DNA from: Diplonema japonicum
Lineage: Eukaryota > Protista > Euglenozoa: Diplonemea
Direction of reading: 5' to 3'
DNA length: 64,000 nt
Assembly: GCA_964019335.1 (NCBI GenBank)
Contig: OZ025650.1
Span: 935,970-999,969 of the forward strand
Position numbers and translations under genes: made by a program. This document shows positions 11,545 to 22,939 of the stretch, one piece after another; within the stretch, counting starts at the first letter, position 1, and each line of letters begins with the position of its first letter. The notes below the pieces were generated by a model, which saw only the letters and a program-made list of their open reading frames with translations, had not been told where the DNA came from and searched no databases.

Positions 11545-12060
11545 GCTCGGGGCGACGAGTGGGATACTGCGGATGTACGCGGAGTCGCTGTTGAAATGGA
11601 TGTCGGAGCTAAGATGGGTTAAAGAAGACACGACGTCGGAGGTGACGGCGGTGGAGTTAGCCCTAGACTTCGAAGCGACGACACGAAGATCGCTGGGAGT
11701 GACGCAGGAGGAAAAGGCGCGAAGGATCAAGAAACTGATCCAAAAAGTGAACGACAGGTGCGCATTACAAGGAAAGAAAAAGCCTTTCCCGGCGAAGAAC
11801 AAAACGAGAGTGAAGTCCCTCATGGCAATAGGAGGGAAGGCGGCGATAGGCTTTGCAAGGAGACCGATCTTCGCCTCACGAGAAACCCAGGACAGGCTTA
11901 AAGAGCTGAAAACCAACCTGAAGAAGGACCGCATCAACCGTCTGCGAAAGACACTGGTATCCGCCATCGGAACGAAAGCGAGGCTCCAAAAGGGAAGCAT
12001 CAAGAGATAGACCCCCACCCCCCCCTAAGGGTAGTCCTCGAGTGGGATTTGCCCTTAAAC
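11545..12060 (+). mobile_element. 5'-truncated non-LTR retrotransposon-like fragment (ORF C-terminus plus 3' stem-loop)
   Basis: Purine-rich ORF fragment unlike host genes ('VELALDFEATT...GFARRPIFA', reminiscent of protist LINE C-termini), stop at 12008-12010. A hairpin TAAGGGTAGTCC...GGATTTGCCCTTA follows at 12026-12057. Confidence 0.5.
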
Positions 12061-12377
12061 ATCGCCTTTTTTTCAAGTGAGCATCCTGCACACTGAAACA
12101 AAATTTATCGAATTTTTTTTCTCCCTTCATATATTTGTCATACCCCACCGCCCTTTTCTTCGATACCACCGCAGTGGCGGCCTTATGAAGCGTAAGGTTT
12201 TCTTCTTTTTTTCGCACTGACCCTGAGCAGACAGAAGGGGTTTTGTCGAGAGACTCCTTTGGACTGTGGACAGGTCTGCGCCCCTTCTTTCTGTGCTTTC
12301 TCAGGCAACCCTATTATCCCACCCTTTATTTCATGTACAGAATAGAAACCGTATTTCCCTCCTCAGCCGATGTAACG

Positions 12378-13838
12378 ATGACTTTGGCATCCAAGTACCA
12401 GCTGCTGCAAGCGCCCCGTCGCAGCAGCACGTTCATCGTGAATAGCAGCGACTTGTTCAGAGCACCCAACAAAACAGCGAGTGAACTTTTAATAAGATGG
12501 GTCAAAAAAGGGAAGCTGGATCAGAGACATTTCATCAGAGCTTTTTCAGTAATGTGCAAGCAACGGGTGCCATCCGACCATAAGGTGTACCATGTGCTGG
12601 GAGAGGGGATTATGAATGAAATGTGGAGCCTGTACAACTGTTCGCAACTGCTGAACGCGCTTGCCATGCAGCGTGCTGTGGACCACCCGCTTGTGGACCA
12701 TGCATTGTGTATCATCGCCACGAAAACGGGTGAAATTGACCTCAAGTGCTGGAGTAACATCTTCCATTCCTGTGCTGTCCTGCAGGCCCCTCTCTCTCCC
12801 GAGCTTACAAACAGCTTCGTTGCCGCTCTTGAAGCATCTATGCAGTCAGAGGACTTGTCCCGCATACCTGATAGCTTCTTAAACAGCGCCATACAAGGTG
12901 TCTACCATTACGGTGCCGTGTCTCCAACTCTGCTCCCCAACCTGGAGAAGTGGGTGTCCCTCGGCAAGCAGAGTGATAAGGTGCGTCACCAAATCGCAGC
13001 GCGCCTTGCTGTACTTGGATGCACGTCCGTGCCTTTAATCACCAAAATCGTCGGAGGCATCCTGGACCAAAGGCTCACACAGTACACATCGCGCGAAGTC
13101 AGCAAAGCACTTCTGCTGCTGAACAACGTGGCAACAATACACCCTTCAGGGCGGTCCTTTGTTGACCATGCATTGAACAAGCTCTGCAGTCCCGTCGTGC
13201 TGCCTAGTATGAGCTATAAAAGACTTAACGATGTATTGTGGAAGGCGCGGTCTATATGTGGCATCGGATGCAGGATAAAGGTGGAGAAGCTTCTTGGTCT
13301 GCTGCATGACATGCCGAAGCTTAACTCAGTTGAGGACCACAACGCTGCAGCTCAGCTGCTGAACGTCACCATGCTGATCGGTCTAAGCAAAGCTCCGTTC
13401 GTCCTCCGTTTGGTCCAAGAGCTCGACCCGCATGTCGTTGACGCGGTGAGTGCTTCACACGCCTTGGCTCCGCTGATTATATCTCACGACCCACCTTCCT
13501 CTTCAGTCCTGATCTTTCTTTGCAAGGTTTTACAAGACCCAGTCAAGTCCGACAAAACAGAAAGAGCCGTAGATGTGGCGATGAGCTGGCTGCGTGAAAA
13601 ATACCCTGGTGACTTCCTCATAAACGGCCCTACAGCCACCTCAATTGAGGGCCTGCTAAATAGTATTTCGGGTGAAAAAAGCAACAGGTTCAAGCCAGGG
13701 AAGCCCCCACGGTTTTCTGCGGAAGAAAGGTCACACCACAAAGCAAGGAAGCCGTGGGACCCGCAGCCCACCGACAGGACGGTGTACACGAGGAAAAAGA
13801 TTCGCGTGTGGTTGGAAGAAATGGATAGATTGGTTTGA
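12378..13838 (+). CDS. Helical-repeat protein (FASTK/OPR/HPR-like, possibly organellar RNA-binding)
   Basis: Repeated helical motifs 'NCSQLLNALA', 'CWSNIFHSCAVL', 'SREVSKALLLL'. Start codon uncertain (12333 or 12378). Confidence 0.5.
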   Translation: MTLASKYQLLQAPRRSSTFIVNSSDLFRAPNKTASELLIRWVKKGKLDQRHFIRAFSVMCKQRVPSDHKVYHVLGEGIMNEMWSLYNCSQLLNALAMQRAVDHPLVDHALCIIATKTGEIDLKCWSNIFHSCAVLQAPLSPELTNSFVAALEASMQSEDLSRIPDSFLNSAIQGVYHYGAVSPTLLPNLEKWVSLGKQSDKVRHQIAARLAVLGCTSVPLITKIVGGILDQRLTQYTSREVSKALLLLNNVATIHPSGRSFVDHALNKLCSPVVLPSMSYKRLNDVLWKARSICGIGCRIKVEKLLGLLHDMPKLNSVEDHNAAAQLLNVTMLIGLSKAPFVLRLVQELDPHVVDAVSASHALAPLIISHDPPSSSVLIFLCKVLQDPVKSDKTERAVDVAMSWLREKYPGDFLINGPTATSIEGLLNSISGEKSNRFKPGKPPRFSAEERSHHKARKPWDPQPTDRTVYTRKKIRVWLEEMDRLV

Positions 13839-13910
13839 TACTGCATTGGACCTTTATTTTTCTGCTGTTGTGCACAAATCAGACATCACAGGCCTGGGTG
13901 TCGGGTAATA

Positions 13911-14279
13911 ATGGCTAGACCTACCGCTGGCGGTGTGGCGAGGCCGCCTGAGAAGGGATCGTTCCCTTTGGATCATTTGTCTGAGTGCAGACCTACCATA
14001 GAAGAATATTACAGGTGCATGGGTATTCACGATAATCTGGCACCAAAGTGCAGGGAAGAGGCGAGGACGTACCTGCAGTGCAGGATGGATAAGGACCTCA
14101 TGGCTAAAGAGGCGACGTCGAAGTGGCTTCCTCACACAGAATTCACAGACCTGAGACACCTCAAAGTAGAAGAGAGAATACAAAACTCGGAGGACATCAC
14201 ACCCCTGATGATGGCTGTGCGCTTCCGTACCGAGCCTGATGGCTTCGAACGAGAAAAAAAAGTAAAGAAAGATGAGTGA
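13911..14279 (+). CDS. COX19: Cytochrome c oxidase assembly protein COX19
   Basis: 'PPEKGSFPLDH..EC', twin CX9C motif and 'YLQCRMD..LM'. Confidence 0.92.
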   Translation: MARPTAGGVARPPEKGSFPLDHLSECRPTIEEYYRCMGIHDNLAPKCREEARTYLQCRMDKDLMAKEATSKWLPHTEFTDLRHLKVEERIQNSEDITPLMMAVRFRTEPDGFEREKKVKKDE

Positions 14280-14347
14280 TGTGGCAATAAGCCGCTGTCG
14301 TTCTTTTAGTTCGGTACCGCCTCCTAACTTCACTACAGGAATGACAA

Positions 14348-17300
14348 ATGCTGCTCACCTTGTCTGTGCTGTGTGCGGTGTGGTACGTGCCCATCTGCCC
14401 CCGAAGTAGGTCAAACGTTGCAGTCATCACTTATGCACAAGACGGAGCACCGTGCAGCGAACGGAAAATATGTCAAAACAGCTTCTTGGAAGGCGATCTG
14501 GGACGCCGCTGCTGGAAAAACCCCGACGATTCTCATGGAAGCATGTACTGCCAAAAACAAGGTACACGTGGAGAAGGAGAAACTTGCTGGCAATACCCAT
14601 CTTTCTCAGATACTATCCCTGCTAACGGTGGACAATGCCGGCAAGGGCTGTATTGCTGGGTGCAAAACTCTATCGCTGCTGGTGCTAACGGAAGCGTCGC
14701 AAGCAATAGCGGACGGGGATATTGCCTCAACCAGCTGCCGCAAGGGGCATCGTGCACCCATAGCGAAGCCTGTGTCGGTTGGTGCAGGGAGCTAGCACCT
14801 GGGATCAGTGTCTGCACAGAGCCATACTCAAAGGGGGAACCGTGTACTACAAACGAAGGCTGCTTGTCTAAAAGGTGTTACGAAGGTACCTGTATCGAGA
14901 TAAGCACGATGGGTGGTCTTTGCGACAGGCTGCACAGATGTGACTACTCACTTGACTGCATCAACTCAAAGTGTGGCTACCACGCGGCAGGTGCTTCGTG
15001 CAACCCTTCGATCCCACCTTATGGGGGCTGTGTAGCGCACCACTACTGCAATGGGAACCTCACGAGGCCTATTTGCACAAAGATTATGACCGCGTGCAAT
15101 ATCTACTTCAACTCGTGCGAAGACGGAAGTGGTTGTGATGGCGGAAGGTGCGTTCCTCTGCACAGCAACGGAATCAACCAAGCTGCAAGCCATGTAAAAT
15201 TCTGCAATACTGGGCTCTTCCTCGACACCAGTACTTCTGTTCCCTTCTGTACTGACAGCAAGTCGTGCACGACAGATGCAGAATGCGAACTCGACGCTCC
15301 ACATCAGCTTGCTTACTGCAGCTGTGAAGGTAGTGGTACTGGACAGTGCGCTGTTGCAGCGGGTTCTCTCAATTGCAGTGACATGGCGTCAGCTCTGTGT
15401 TGCTCCGTCGCACACCCACCTTCCTACTGCCCCGAACTGTTCAAGTATGCTACGTCTATCTTTGGCGAAGAGCTCCTTGCAACGAGTGAAGCATCGGCCA
15501 CATGGTGCAATGAGAGGTGCTCGATCACAGCTAGCTGTGTGGCATGGTCATTCAACACAGCACACAAGACATGCTCTCTTCGGCGCACGCCGTATCACTT
15601 CATCTCTACCACGGAAACTCGGTACAACGTGGCGTCTGATGTGCTGCCCCACTGCACTGACGGCAGTGCCTATGACTTCACTATTCCAGGGATGCACGCT
15701 TACTGCCCGGTGCTAGCTGTAACCAATACAAAAACAGGCCTGATGGAAGTTCCAATTGTTCCTGCACACCCGTCTTTGCCTTACATGCTGAGGAGACATT
15801 ATAACGGGAATGTCAGGTGGTATTGCCAAGAGCTAAACCTTGAAGCAGAAGGTTGGGCCACTTCGCTTACTGGGGAAGTGCTGTGGGTGCCAGAGGGTTC
15901 GCTCCGAGAAGGCGGGACGTACACCTTTGGCATAAAGAACGAGAGCGGATCATCTCTTGCAACTGTGCATCTGCATGTTTCGCAAATTGCAGCAATCGCT
16001 GTCACTACAAACATGACACACGTGCGGTTTTGCAATGCACTAGACCCAGAGTACCGAGTGTATGTGAGGGATGTGCTCGTGATAGTAAGCGATGTGTGTG
16101 TCTACTCACTAGGGACTGATGAGGTATTGCTGTGCGTAAGTGATGGGGTTGGCGGTGAGAGCTGTGCGTTGGCAACGGTCGCGCTCCCAGAACTACAAAT
16201 TGACGACATGGACACCTCGCTGATCATGCTGGGAAGGAGATTTTTGCACAAAGGGTATGAAAACATCTCAATGGACGTGATGGTAGCAAGCGGCGAGGTA
16301 GACGACAGGGGCACGATACCTGCAGTCAGCAGCGACGCTATACTGTCCTTCGTGAAGTTCTTGAATGCTGTAAATTCAGAAAATGTTCTGCCAGCCGTGG
16401 TGAATATCCTAAATGACATGACAACACGTGTGCCGCAAGAAGTAGGTGTCTATGTAATGCAGATAGTTTCCAGAGCGAGTTCAGTAAGCGGGATTGCAGA
16501 AGTCGTTAGCCTGCTACGACTTGCACTACTGAGGCACAGCGACGACAGGCGTCCCACAAAGATTTACATGCCTGCAGGGAGCCTTTTTCTTCATCGCTCT
16601 CTTAACCCGTCTACCGATCTGTACATCACAGAGAACATCCCACATACCACTTTGGACTTCAACATCACACTTCCCATCGATGTGGCTGTGCTCGACACCG
16701 CTGATGGAATCTACGTATTCTTCTACAGCGCGGGAACAATAGAGCAATATCCGCTGCCAGATGAAGGGTTCCCCGTGCAGCTGGCACACATGCCGTTGCC
16801 AAGCCCTTTGGAACACCCAAGCCTCAGCATCTCGGGCCTTGTAGTGCTTCTGACGCTTGCTGACGGAATAGACTTGTCGGAAGCAATGGATAGAGTGGCT
16901 GTAGGCATCAACATTAACAGGACCCTATTGCACATCGTGGACGAAAACGGACCGCAGGCGCTGCTGTACAGCGAAGACCGCAGCATCGCACGTGCCAATA
17001 GCAGCGAAGCGTACACTGTCACCGTTGATGATTACCAAGAACACTATCCCTGTCCGTGGCCTGAAAGGGAGATCACGCAGAACATCCAATGCATCCGTGA
17101 TTCAACGCAACTAGGATGCAAAACGAAAGTGCGACATCTTAAAGCTGTGCAGACAGGTGAGAAGAGGACAGAGTACATATGCCTTTGCAGATACGTAAAC
17201 GATCACCCTGTGAGCCTGCAGTTCATGCCAGCACTGCGAGTCCGCGATGGTGGTATCGAACATTTTTTATCACAGAAAAGGGTACACACCACTATGTATC

Positions 17301-20080
17301 CTGTTGTGATTGTTTTTGTGTGTTTTGCAGTTGCAGCAGGGTTTTTTGGGGCGGCTATCAGATGGGAAAAGAAACTGGAAAGTAAAGCAAAACAAAACTA
17401 CTGGGTTAAGGAGCGCATGCAGGCGCGTGTGCCAGCGAGGGGGGTACACAGTACTGACAGATCTCTATCGCAGATAGGGATTGACTTGTGGTCATTAAAC
17501 TATGAGCTTGTGAGTGCAGCCGAGTCAGACATCAAAGCATGGCGCAATGTACAGAAGATGTGGTGGACTGTGGCCATGGGTATGGCCCATGCGTGGCTGT
17601 ACTTGGCGTCGGCACGACCTGGATACCGGCTGCATCAAAGAGTACTCGTAGTTTTTGTTTGTTGCAGCTATGTCACGTACATATGCAGCAGCGTCATCGA
17701 TACGTGCGATGACTACCTCAGCTCGCAGGACATTTTCGTTGAGCACGTGTGGACCGTCAGCATGCTGTGCATCCCGGGGTCCTTCGTGTTCGTCATGTTG
17801 TGTAGCATGTTTTCCTCGTCGCCGTTGTCATTGGTGTCTCTGAAAGCTTTTAATACACCACCTACAAAGAGGGTTGCTGATGCTATCGGGCCCATTGAGA
17901 CAGAGCAGATCGAGTCTGTGAGGATGGACTTGGTGCTTCGTCCTGAGGAATTAGCGAGAATTGCCCACCACGAAGTCACATCTAGAAGAATACATACAGG
18001 AATATCAGTGTTGCTCATGGAAGAGCTCAGAAGCAACGATGCAGGCAAGCTGATTGGGCTGTGTGATGTTGACTTCGACCATGCCATCAAGACAGCGAAG
18101 CAGTCGTGGTTGGACAGAAGGGAGGGCTTCGTGAACTGGTATGCACGTGAAGAGGACAACGTGTTGTGGGTGGCGGGGCTCAAGGCACTAGCGACTCACG
18201 ACTTCCAGCTGGCGGGAGCACTGTTCCACTTGTCGCTATTGTCTGACAACCCCGACTTGTACATTGTCTTCAACAACAACATGCCACCAGGGGACACGAG
18301 GGGTATTGTGGATGCTGTTGTGCGGCGCAATGTAATCGGCAGGCTGTGGACGGAGTACTATGCGAGTACCTTGTTGAAGATGAGTAGGGACCAGATATAC
18401 AAATGTTTGTTGCAGAGTTCCATCACCACGGACGAGCTGATGGTTCTCATTGGAGGGGATCTTGACGACATGCTTTTCGAGGCACAGGGCAGTAGGGCAA
18501 GCATGATGTGCAACGGTGAGGTATGGAGCTGGCAAGATGGCATTCGATCTCTCCGAGACGACCCTCGCGGGCCGCAGGTTGTCGAGGCAGCACAGACATT
18601 CTGTTGGGCTCCGCAAGAACTCTGCAGCTACACGATGCTGAATAGCACTGTTATCACAGGGCCCGTCGACACCACGACACAAGCTTTCACACAAGGTGAG
18701 GGTGAGGCACCCTTCAAACCGCGTCACCTAGTCTACGGTAGGCTCATGGTGAGGTACTACTGCTGTGTGCTGTCGGGGCTCCCTGGCGTGCCCCCCACAG
18801 CTGATCGTTTGACTCCACAGGAGTGGGTCGACTGGACGATAGAAGAAGAAGCATCGAAGCTTACAGCCACACAGTTACCCACCCTTCCTGCTCATAATAT
18901 GCCCTTTCGGCTCTCGGAACCTAAGGAGCGTCTTATTCCCAATATCTATCTCACGTATCTTTTGAACTGGAAACTTGCAGCTTTTAGTCAGGAGGTCGGG
19001 ACTTTCTGCGTGGTGTCCCCTTTGGAGCACATAAAAAACCCTTTCGACCCCATTACGCGCGTGAATGAGATATGGAAGGAGCAGCAGACAGGGTCAAAAA
19101 TTGCACCCTTTGTAGGACTCGAACGATGCCTGAAACACCTGAGGGAGAACAGCAAGGTGTTTCTGAAGGGTGGGGTATATCCTTCGTGCAAGATATCGCG
19201 GCTGTGCGGGAGCTATTACTTCCCTGTGACATTTTACGGTGAGGGGGACGTGTGGTTTGTGTCGAGGGATCTGGCAAGGAGGTGTGCCGTGCATCTAGAT
19301 GGGTGCAAGTACTTGCAATGGAATGGTGTGGGGTTTAGTAATGCAATGTATGGTGTAGATGCTGCCAGCAGCTACTCTATTGTGTTCACGAACTGCTTGT
19401 TCAAGAGGATCCACCAGCCAGTGAACATGTGCTCCAACGACGTGCGAAACAAGTGTTTAGATGCTTCTTGCGAAGTAGTGGAATCGGGCCTCGGCCCGAC
19501 CCCTTTTAAGTTCCGCATGACAATGTCTTTGGGGTTCGTCACCTACGTTTCAGCTTTCCTTCTTGCTGCATTGTTTTTCTCATTCACCCTTTACTACACC
19601 TTCTCTATGTCAGAGCGTCACACTGTAGCCTGGCTCTTACTTTCTTTGTTCTGCGTGGTGCAGGATTTTGTAGTCAATCAGCCCGTTTTTGTCTTCATGT
19701 ACCTGATTTGGAGGAGGGTTTTTGCTAAACTCACGAAACGCAGCGGTGCCAAACTCAAACAGGCAATTTCCTCTGTCGTGGCAGCTAACAGGATGCACGA
19801 AGCAGGACGACACCACCCGCAGACCGCTCCCAATGCAGATGTCATGCCTCAGCCACAACAGCAAGAAGAGCACTTAGACGGATTGGCCTATTCCGACCAG
19901 GGTACCGAACCTGTGTCAGAGTCCCCTCAAAGTCCAAAAAGTGAACCTTCGCAAAGCGAACCGCTCCAGGGAGAAGGGCCTGAGTTCGTCTTGACCCCAA
20001 AGGCTCGCTCTTTGTCCCCTGACTCGGATATCCCCCCCATTGTCGAAACCAGTCCACCCGTATTTATTTTAGATGCTTAA
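14348..20080 (+). CDS. Large polycystin-1/REJ-like membrane protein with Cys-rich and PAN/Apple-like ectodomain
   Basis: 1910 aa. Signal peptide, Cys-rich repeats, PAN-like 'WCNERCSITASCVAWSF...CSL', GPS-like 'ICLC' before the first TM, and PKD1-like TM motifs 'HQRVLVVFVCC' and 'AWLLLSLFCVVQDFVVNQPV'. Confidence 0.6.
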   Translation: MLLTLSVLCAVWYVPICPRSRSNVAVITYAQDGAPCSERKICQNSFLEGDLGRRCWKNPDDSHGSMYCQKQGTRGEGETCWQYPSFSDTIPANGGQCRQGLYCWVQNSIAAGANGSVASNSGRGYCLNQLPQGASCTHSEACVGWCRELAPGISVCTEPYSKGEPCTTNEGCLSKRCYEGTCIEISTMGGLCDRLHRCDYSLDCINSKCGYHAAGASCNPSIPPYGGCVAHHYCNGNLTRPICTKIMTACNIYFNSCEDGSGCDGGRCVPLHSNGINQAASHVKFCNTGLFLDTSTSVPFCTDSKSCTTDAECELDAPHQLAYCSCEGSGTGQCAVAAGSLNCSDMASALCCSVAHPPSYCPELFKYATSIFGEELLATSEASATWCNERCSITASCVAWSFNTAHKTCSLRRTPYHFISTTETRYNVASDVLPHCTDGSAYDFTIPGMHAYCPVLAVTNTKTGLMEVPIVPAHPSLPYMLRRHYNGNVRWYCQELNLEAEGWATSLTGEVLWVPEGSLREGGTYTFGIKNESGSSLATVHLHVSQIAAIAVTTNMTHVRFCNALDPEYRVYVRDVLVIVSDVCVYSLGTDEVLLCVSDGVGGESCALATVALPELQIDDMDTSLIMLGRRFLHKGYENISMDVMVASGEVDDRGTIPAVSSDAILSFVKFLNAVNSENVLPAVVNILNDMTTRVPQEVGVYVMQIVSRASSVSGIAEVVSLLRLALLRHSDDRRPTKIYMPAGSLFLHRSLNPSTDLYITENIPHTTLDFNITLPIDVAVLDTADGIYVFFYSAGTIEQYPLPDEGFPVQLAHMPLPSPLEHPSLSISGLVVLLTLADGIDLSEAMDRVAVGININRTLLHIVDENGPQALLYSEDRSIARANSSEAYTVTVDDYQEHYPCPWPEREITQNIQCIRDSTQLGCKTKVRHLKAVQTGEKRTEYICLCRYVNDHPVSLQFMPALRVRDGGIEHFLSQKRVHTTMYPVVIVFVCFAVAAGFFGAAIRWEKKLESKAKQNYWVKERMQARVPARGVHSTDRSLSQIGIDLWSLNYELVSAAESDIKAWRNVQKMWWTVAMGMAHAWLYLASARPGYRLHQRVLVVFVCCSYVTYICSSVIDTCDDYLSSQDIFVEHVWTVSMLCIPGSFVFVMLCSMFSSSPLSLVSLKAFNTPPTKRVADAIGPIETEQIESVRMDLVLRPEELARIAHHEVTSRRIHTGISVLLMEELRSNDAGKLIGLCDVDFDHAIKTAKQSWLDRREGFVNWYAREEDNVLWVAGLKALATHDFQLAGALFHLSLLSDNPDLYIVFNNNMPPGDTRGIVDAVVRRNVIGRLWTEYYASTLLKMSRDQIYKCLLQSSITTDELMVLIGGDLDDMLFEAQGSRASMMCNGEVWSWQDGIRSLRDDPRGPQVVEAAQTFCWAPQELCSYTMLNSTVITGPVDTTTQAFTQGEGEAPFKPRHLVYGRLMVRYYCCVLSGLPGVPPTADRLTPQEWVDWTIEEEASKLTATQLPTLPAHNMPFRLSEPKERLIPNIYLTYLLNWKLAAFSQEVGTFCVVSPLEHIKNPFDPITRVNEIWKEQQTGSKIAPFVGLERCLKHLRENSKVFLKGGVYPSCKISRLCGSYYFPVTFYGEGDVWFVSRDLARRCAVHLDGCKYLQWNGVGFSNAMYGVDAASSYSIVFTNCLFKRIHQPVNMCSNDVRNKCLDASCEVVESGLGPTPFKFRMTMSLGFVTYVSAFLLAALFFSFTLYYTFSMSERHTVAWLLLSLFCVVQDFVVNQPVFVFMYLIWRRVFAKLTKRSGAKLKQAISSVVAANRMHEAGRHHPQTAPNADVMPQPQQQEEHLDGLAYSDQGTEPVSESPQSPKSEPSQSEPLQGEGPEFVLTPKARSLSPDSDIPPIVETSPPVFILDA

Positions 20081-20171
20081 TGGTTTCCACCAAAAGCTCT
20101 TTGGGGTTGTGTGTGCACTAACCAACAAAATCCATCTTATACTTTTCTAATTTGTTGCAAACTCCAACAGG

Positions 20172-21747
20172 ATGCTGCAAAGGTCACAATATGTTGTCGA
20201 GAGGAAGAGCCCGGAGAGCTTGTGCGCGGAGATCATTCAAAAGACAGCAGGGCACCATGTTAGAATAAGCGAGTTCTTCGCCGTGCAGTGCGGGCGGCTG
20301 ACAGAGGACGCATACTTCCCAATAGGGGCTGGGGATAACCCGCCTGCAACAACGACGGCACTAAGGCACAGACGATCAAAGAGGAAAGCTGTGTACATCG
20401 ACACCAGTTCGTGTAGGTACAACGTAGTCAGGTGCGCGTCGGCGAAAGTGGGGTGGGAAGAATGTCATGAGACGGGGCCCGTGCATGTTGTGTGGGTGGA
20501 CACCAGCCTGTCCGAGAACAGGATCAGCAAGTTGCCTCGTGGGGCACGGATTAACCACTTTCCTGGGATGACAACCATATGCAGGAAGGTGGACAGTGCG
20601 AGACTTCTTAACAAAATGAAAAGGCTCCATCCCGAGTCGTACAGGTTTGTCCCCAGCACCTTTTTCAACTACAACGACTTCCTGAGGACGAAAAAAGGGG
20701 TCGGGGGTGATAAGTGGTACATCGTGAAACCCGACTCCGGGTGCATGGGGAAAGGCATCAGGCTCACTCATGCGCCTAAGAAGGAGATGTTCGACAACGC
20801 GGTAGTGCAGAGCTACGTGGCGGACCCGCTACTCATCGACGGCTGCAAGTGGGACATGAGAGTGTACGTGCTGGTGTTGTCGGTGGACCCCTTGAAGATG
20901 TACATTTATAAAGACGGGTTCATCAGGATGTGCACGGAGAAGTATCACGCACCGAATATGGCCAACGCAGAAAACACGTTGATCCACCTCACGAACTATG
21001 CAATCCACAAGAAGTCGAAGAAGTATAATTCAAACTGCAAGAGGAGTTTTGAACATCTGTTTCAGCACATAAGAGGTCTGGGGCATGATGCGGAAAAGCT
21101 GTGGGACTCGATTTCCGACTTGGCAGTGAAGACACTGCTGTCGGTGAACGAGCAGTTGAAGTATTCATACAGGGCAGCCTTCCCAGGCGACGAGGACACG
21201 GGAGGGTCATGTTTTGAGATCTTAGGGTTCGACGTGCTAGTGGACAAGCACATGCAGCCGTGGTTGCTAGAAGTGAACCATGCCCCGTCCTTCACATGCG
21301 ACAGCGGGCTGGACTACATAGTGAAGGCAGGGTTGGTCGAGGAGACGATGGCGCTACTAGGTGTGGAGTTGGATGAAGAGAAATTCAAAGGCGTGCCAAG
21401 GACCCCAGAGATGAAGAAGGAGCTGTTGAGGAAGTTCGCAAAGCGAAAAGAAGAATACGAGGCTGCTGTGGTTAAGAAGTTTAGCGTGATCTACCCCTCG
21501 AGGAGTGAAACGCGGGACATCGAATACGACAGGGTATGCAGTACATTGTTGTTAATTAAATTGCTAACCACAGCTCCTCAGCACCATCCGAGAGCTTGCG
21601 CCACCCCCCGAAGCCTCTCTCGTCTCGCCTAGTCTCCATCTAGGATTACGACGCACTCATCCTTCCCTCCGCCCCCCTACAGAGCAACACCGCAACCTGA
21701 CTCAAAGGCGCGCCCTCTGTCCTCCTCCTAAACTGCTGAGATATTAA
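20172..21747 (+). CDS. Tubulin polyglutamylase (TTLL6/7-like)
   Basis: TTL motifs 'INHFPG', 'YIVKPD.GCMGKGI', 'IHLTNYAI', 'FEILGFDVL', 'WLLEVNHAPSF'. Predicted intron 21534-21573 extends the ORF to TAA at 21745-21747. Confidence 0.88.
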
Positions 21748-22268
21748 ATGAATAGTAGTAGTTAGCAGTCGCTCTTTGATTTTTAATTGTGTTAAATGAA
21801 CGAATTGAAAGAAAAAGAACTTGTCTTCTCCATCCCTGCTGTCTCCTGTTCGGCAGCTACTGTCGGCATAAATTGTTGATTTTGCTCCTCCTACTCTGTT
21901 GTGAAACCTCTTTATAAAAAACAAAACAAACAAAAAAAAAAAAAAAAAAACATAAAGAAAAGTTTAAAAATAAAGTAAATCCCTTTATCTGTGTGCCGTG
22001 CAGGAAGAAAGTTGTCAAGGAAAAAGTTTTCACCTCTCAAGATGGGAGCTGTGTATAGTCCTGCTGCCCCCCCCCCCCCCCCCCCCTAGTTTTTTTTGGT
22101 AGGGCTGGCCGGATTATCACCTTCCCTCCCCCGTTCGCTGTTCGCCTCGGGGGTATGTATTTCTGTATTGTTTTTATGTGTATACGTTAGTCTATTTCTG
22201 TTATTCTCTTTCTCTTTCTGTTCCATGACTTCATTTTTATAATTTTTATATGTCTAATTTGCTCAGGC

Positions 22269-22661
22269 ATGTCGCAAAGGAAGAAACCGGCTGTGTATAC
22301 CCCGTCAACTGAGCTGCTGGACAAATACTACGCAGTGAGGACACGACAGCTTAAGGAGCGCAGTGACCTCGAAGTCGAGCTGTGGAGTAACTATGTAACT
22401 ACCAAGGACACGTACGCAGCAGAGTTGAATCCCTACTGTCAGTTGAAGACACCCAGGCCAGATTTCAGCCTTTCGATGGGGGTCTATGACGATGATGACA
22501 CTGAGGAGAGTGAGTCCCAAGAGGAGGAAGAAGAGAGTCATGAAATGGACACCGACATGGGGCTTGGTTTAGACATCAAGCTGCCAGAGAGACAAATGGA
22601 GAGTGAGGATGAGGAGCCCCCCCTCCCCCCCCCTCCGTCTACTTGGTCAGAGGATCTGTAA
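22269..22661 (+). CDS. Small acidic hypothetical protein
   Basis: 130 aa with a helical N-terminus and a D/E-rich C-terminus. Preceded by CAG|gcATG. Confidence 0.6.
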   Translation: MSQRKKPAVYTPSTELLDKYYAVRTRQLKERSDLEVELWSNYVTTKDTYAAELNPYCQLKTPRPDFSLSMGVYDDDDTEESESQEEEEESHEMDTDMGLGLDIKLPERQMESEDEEPPLPPPPSTWSEDL

Positions 22662-22939
22662 TCTAGCTGTGATAGATACTGTTGTGCAGAATTTCATTTG
22701 TAGTTGTTGTTGCTAGCCTTCTCATATCTCAAAAACTTTTGAAGAAGCAAAATCAGTGGGGTTCTGAGGGGTTAGAATTTTCGAAAAAAAGCTTGCTTGA
22801 GACCTTTGTAAGCAGATTATCCGTATTGCACGGATTGTCCTTGCAAGGTCGGTGGTTCCCCATTTGAATTTTATACTTCAGAGATATGAAGGGGAATTAA
22901 TAAAGAGGGCGGCGCAGATACCACGTCCATGTCATTAAA

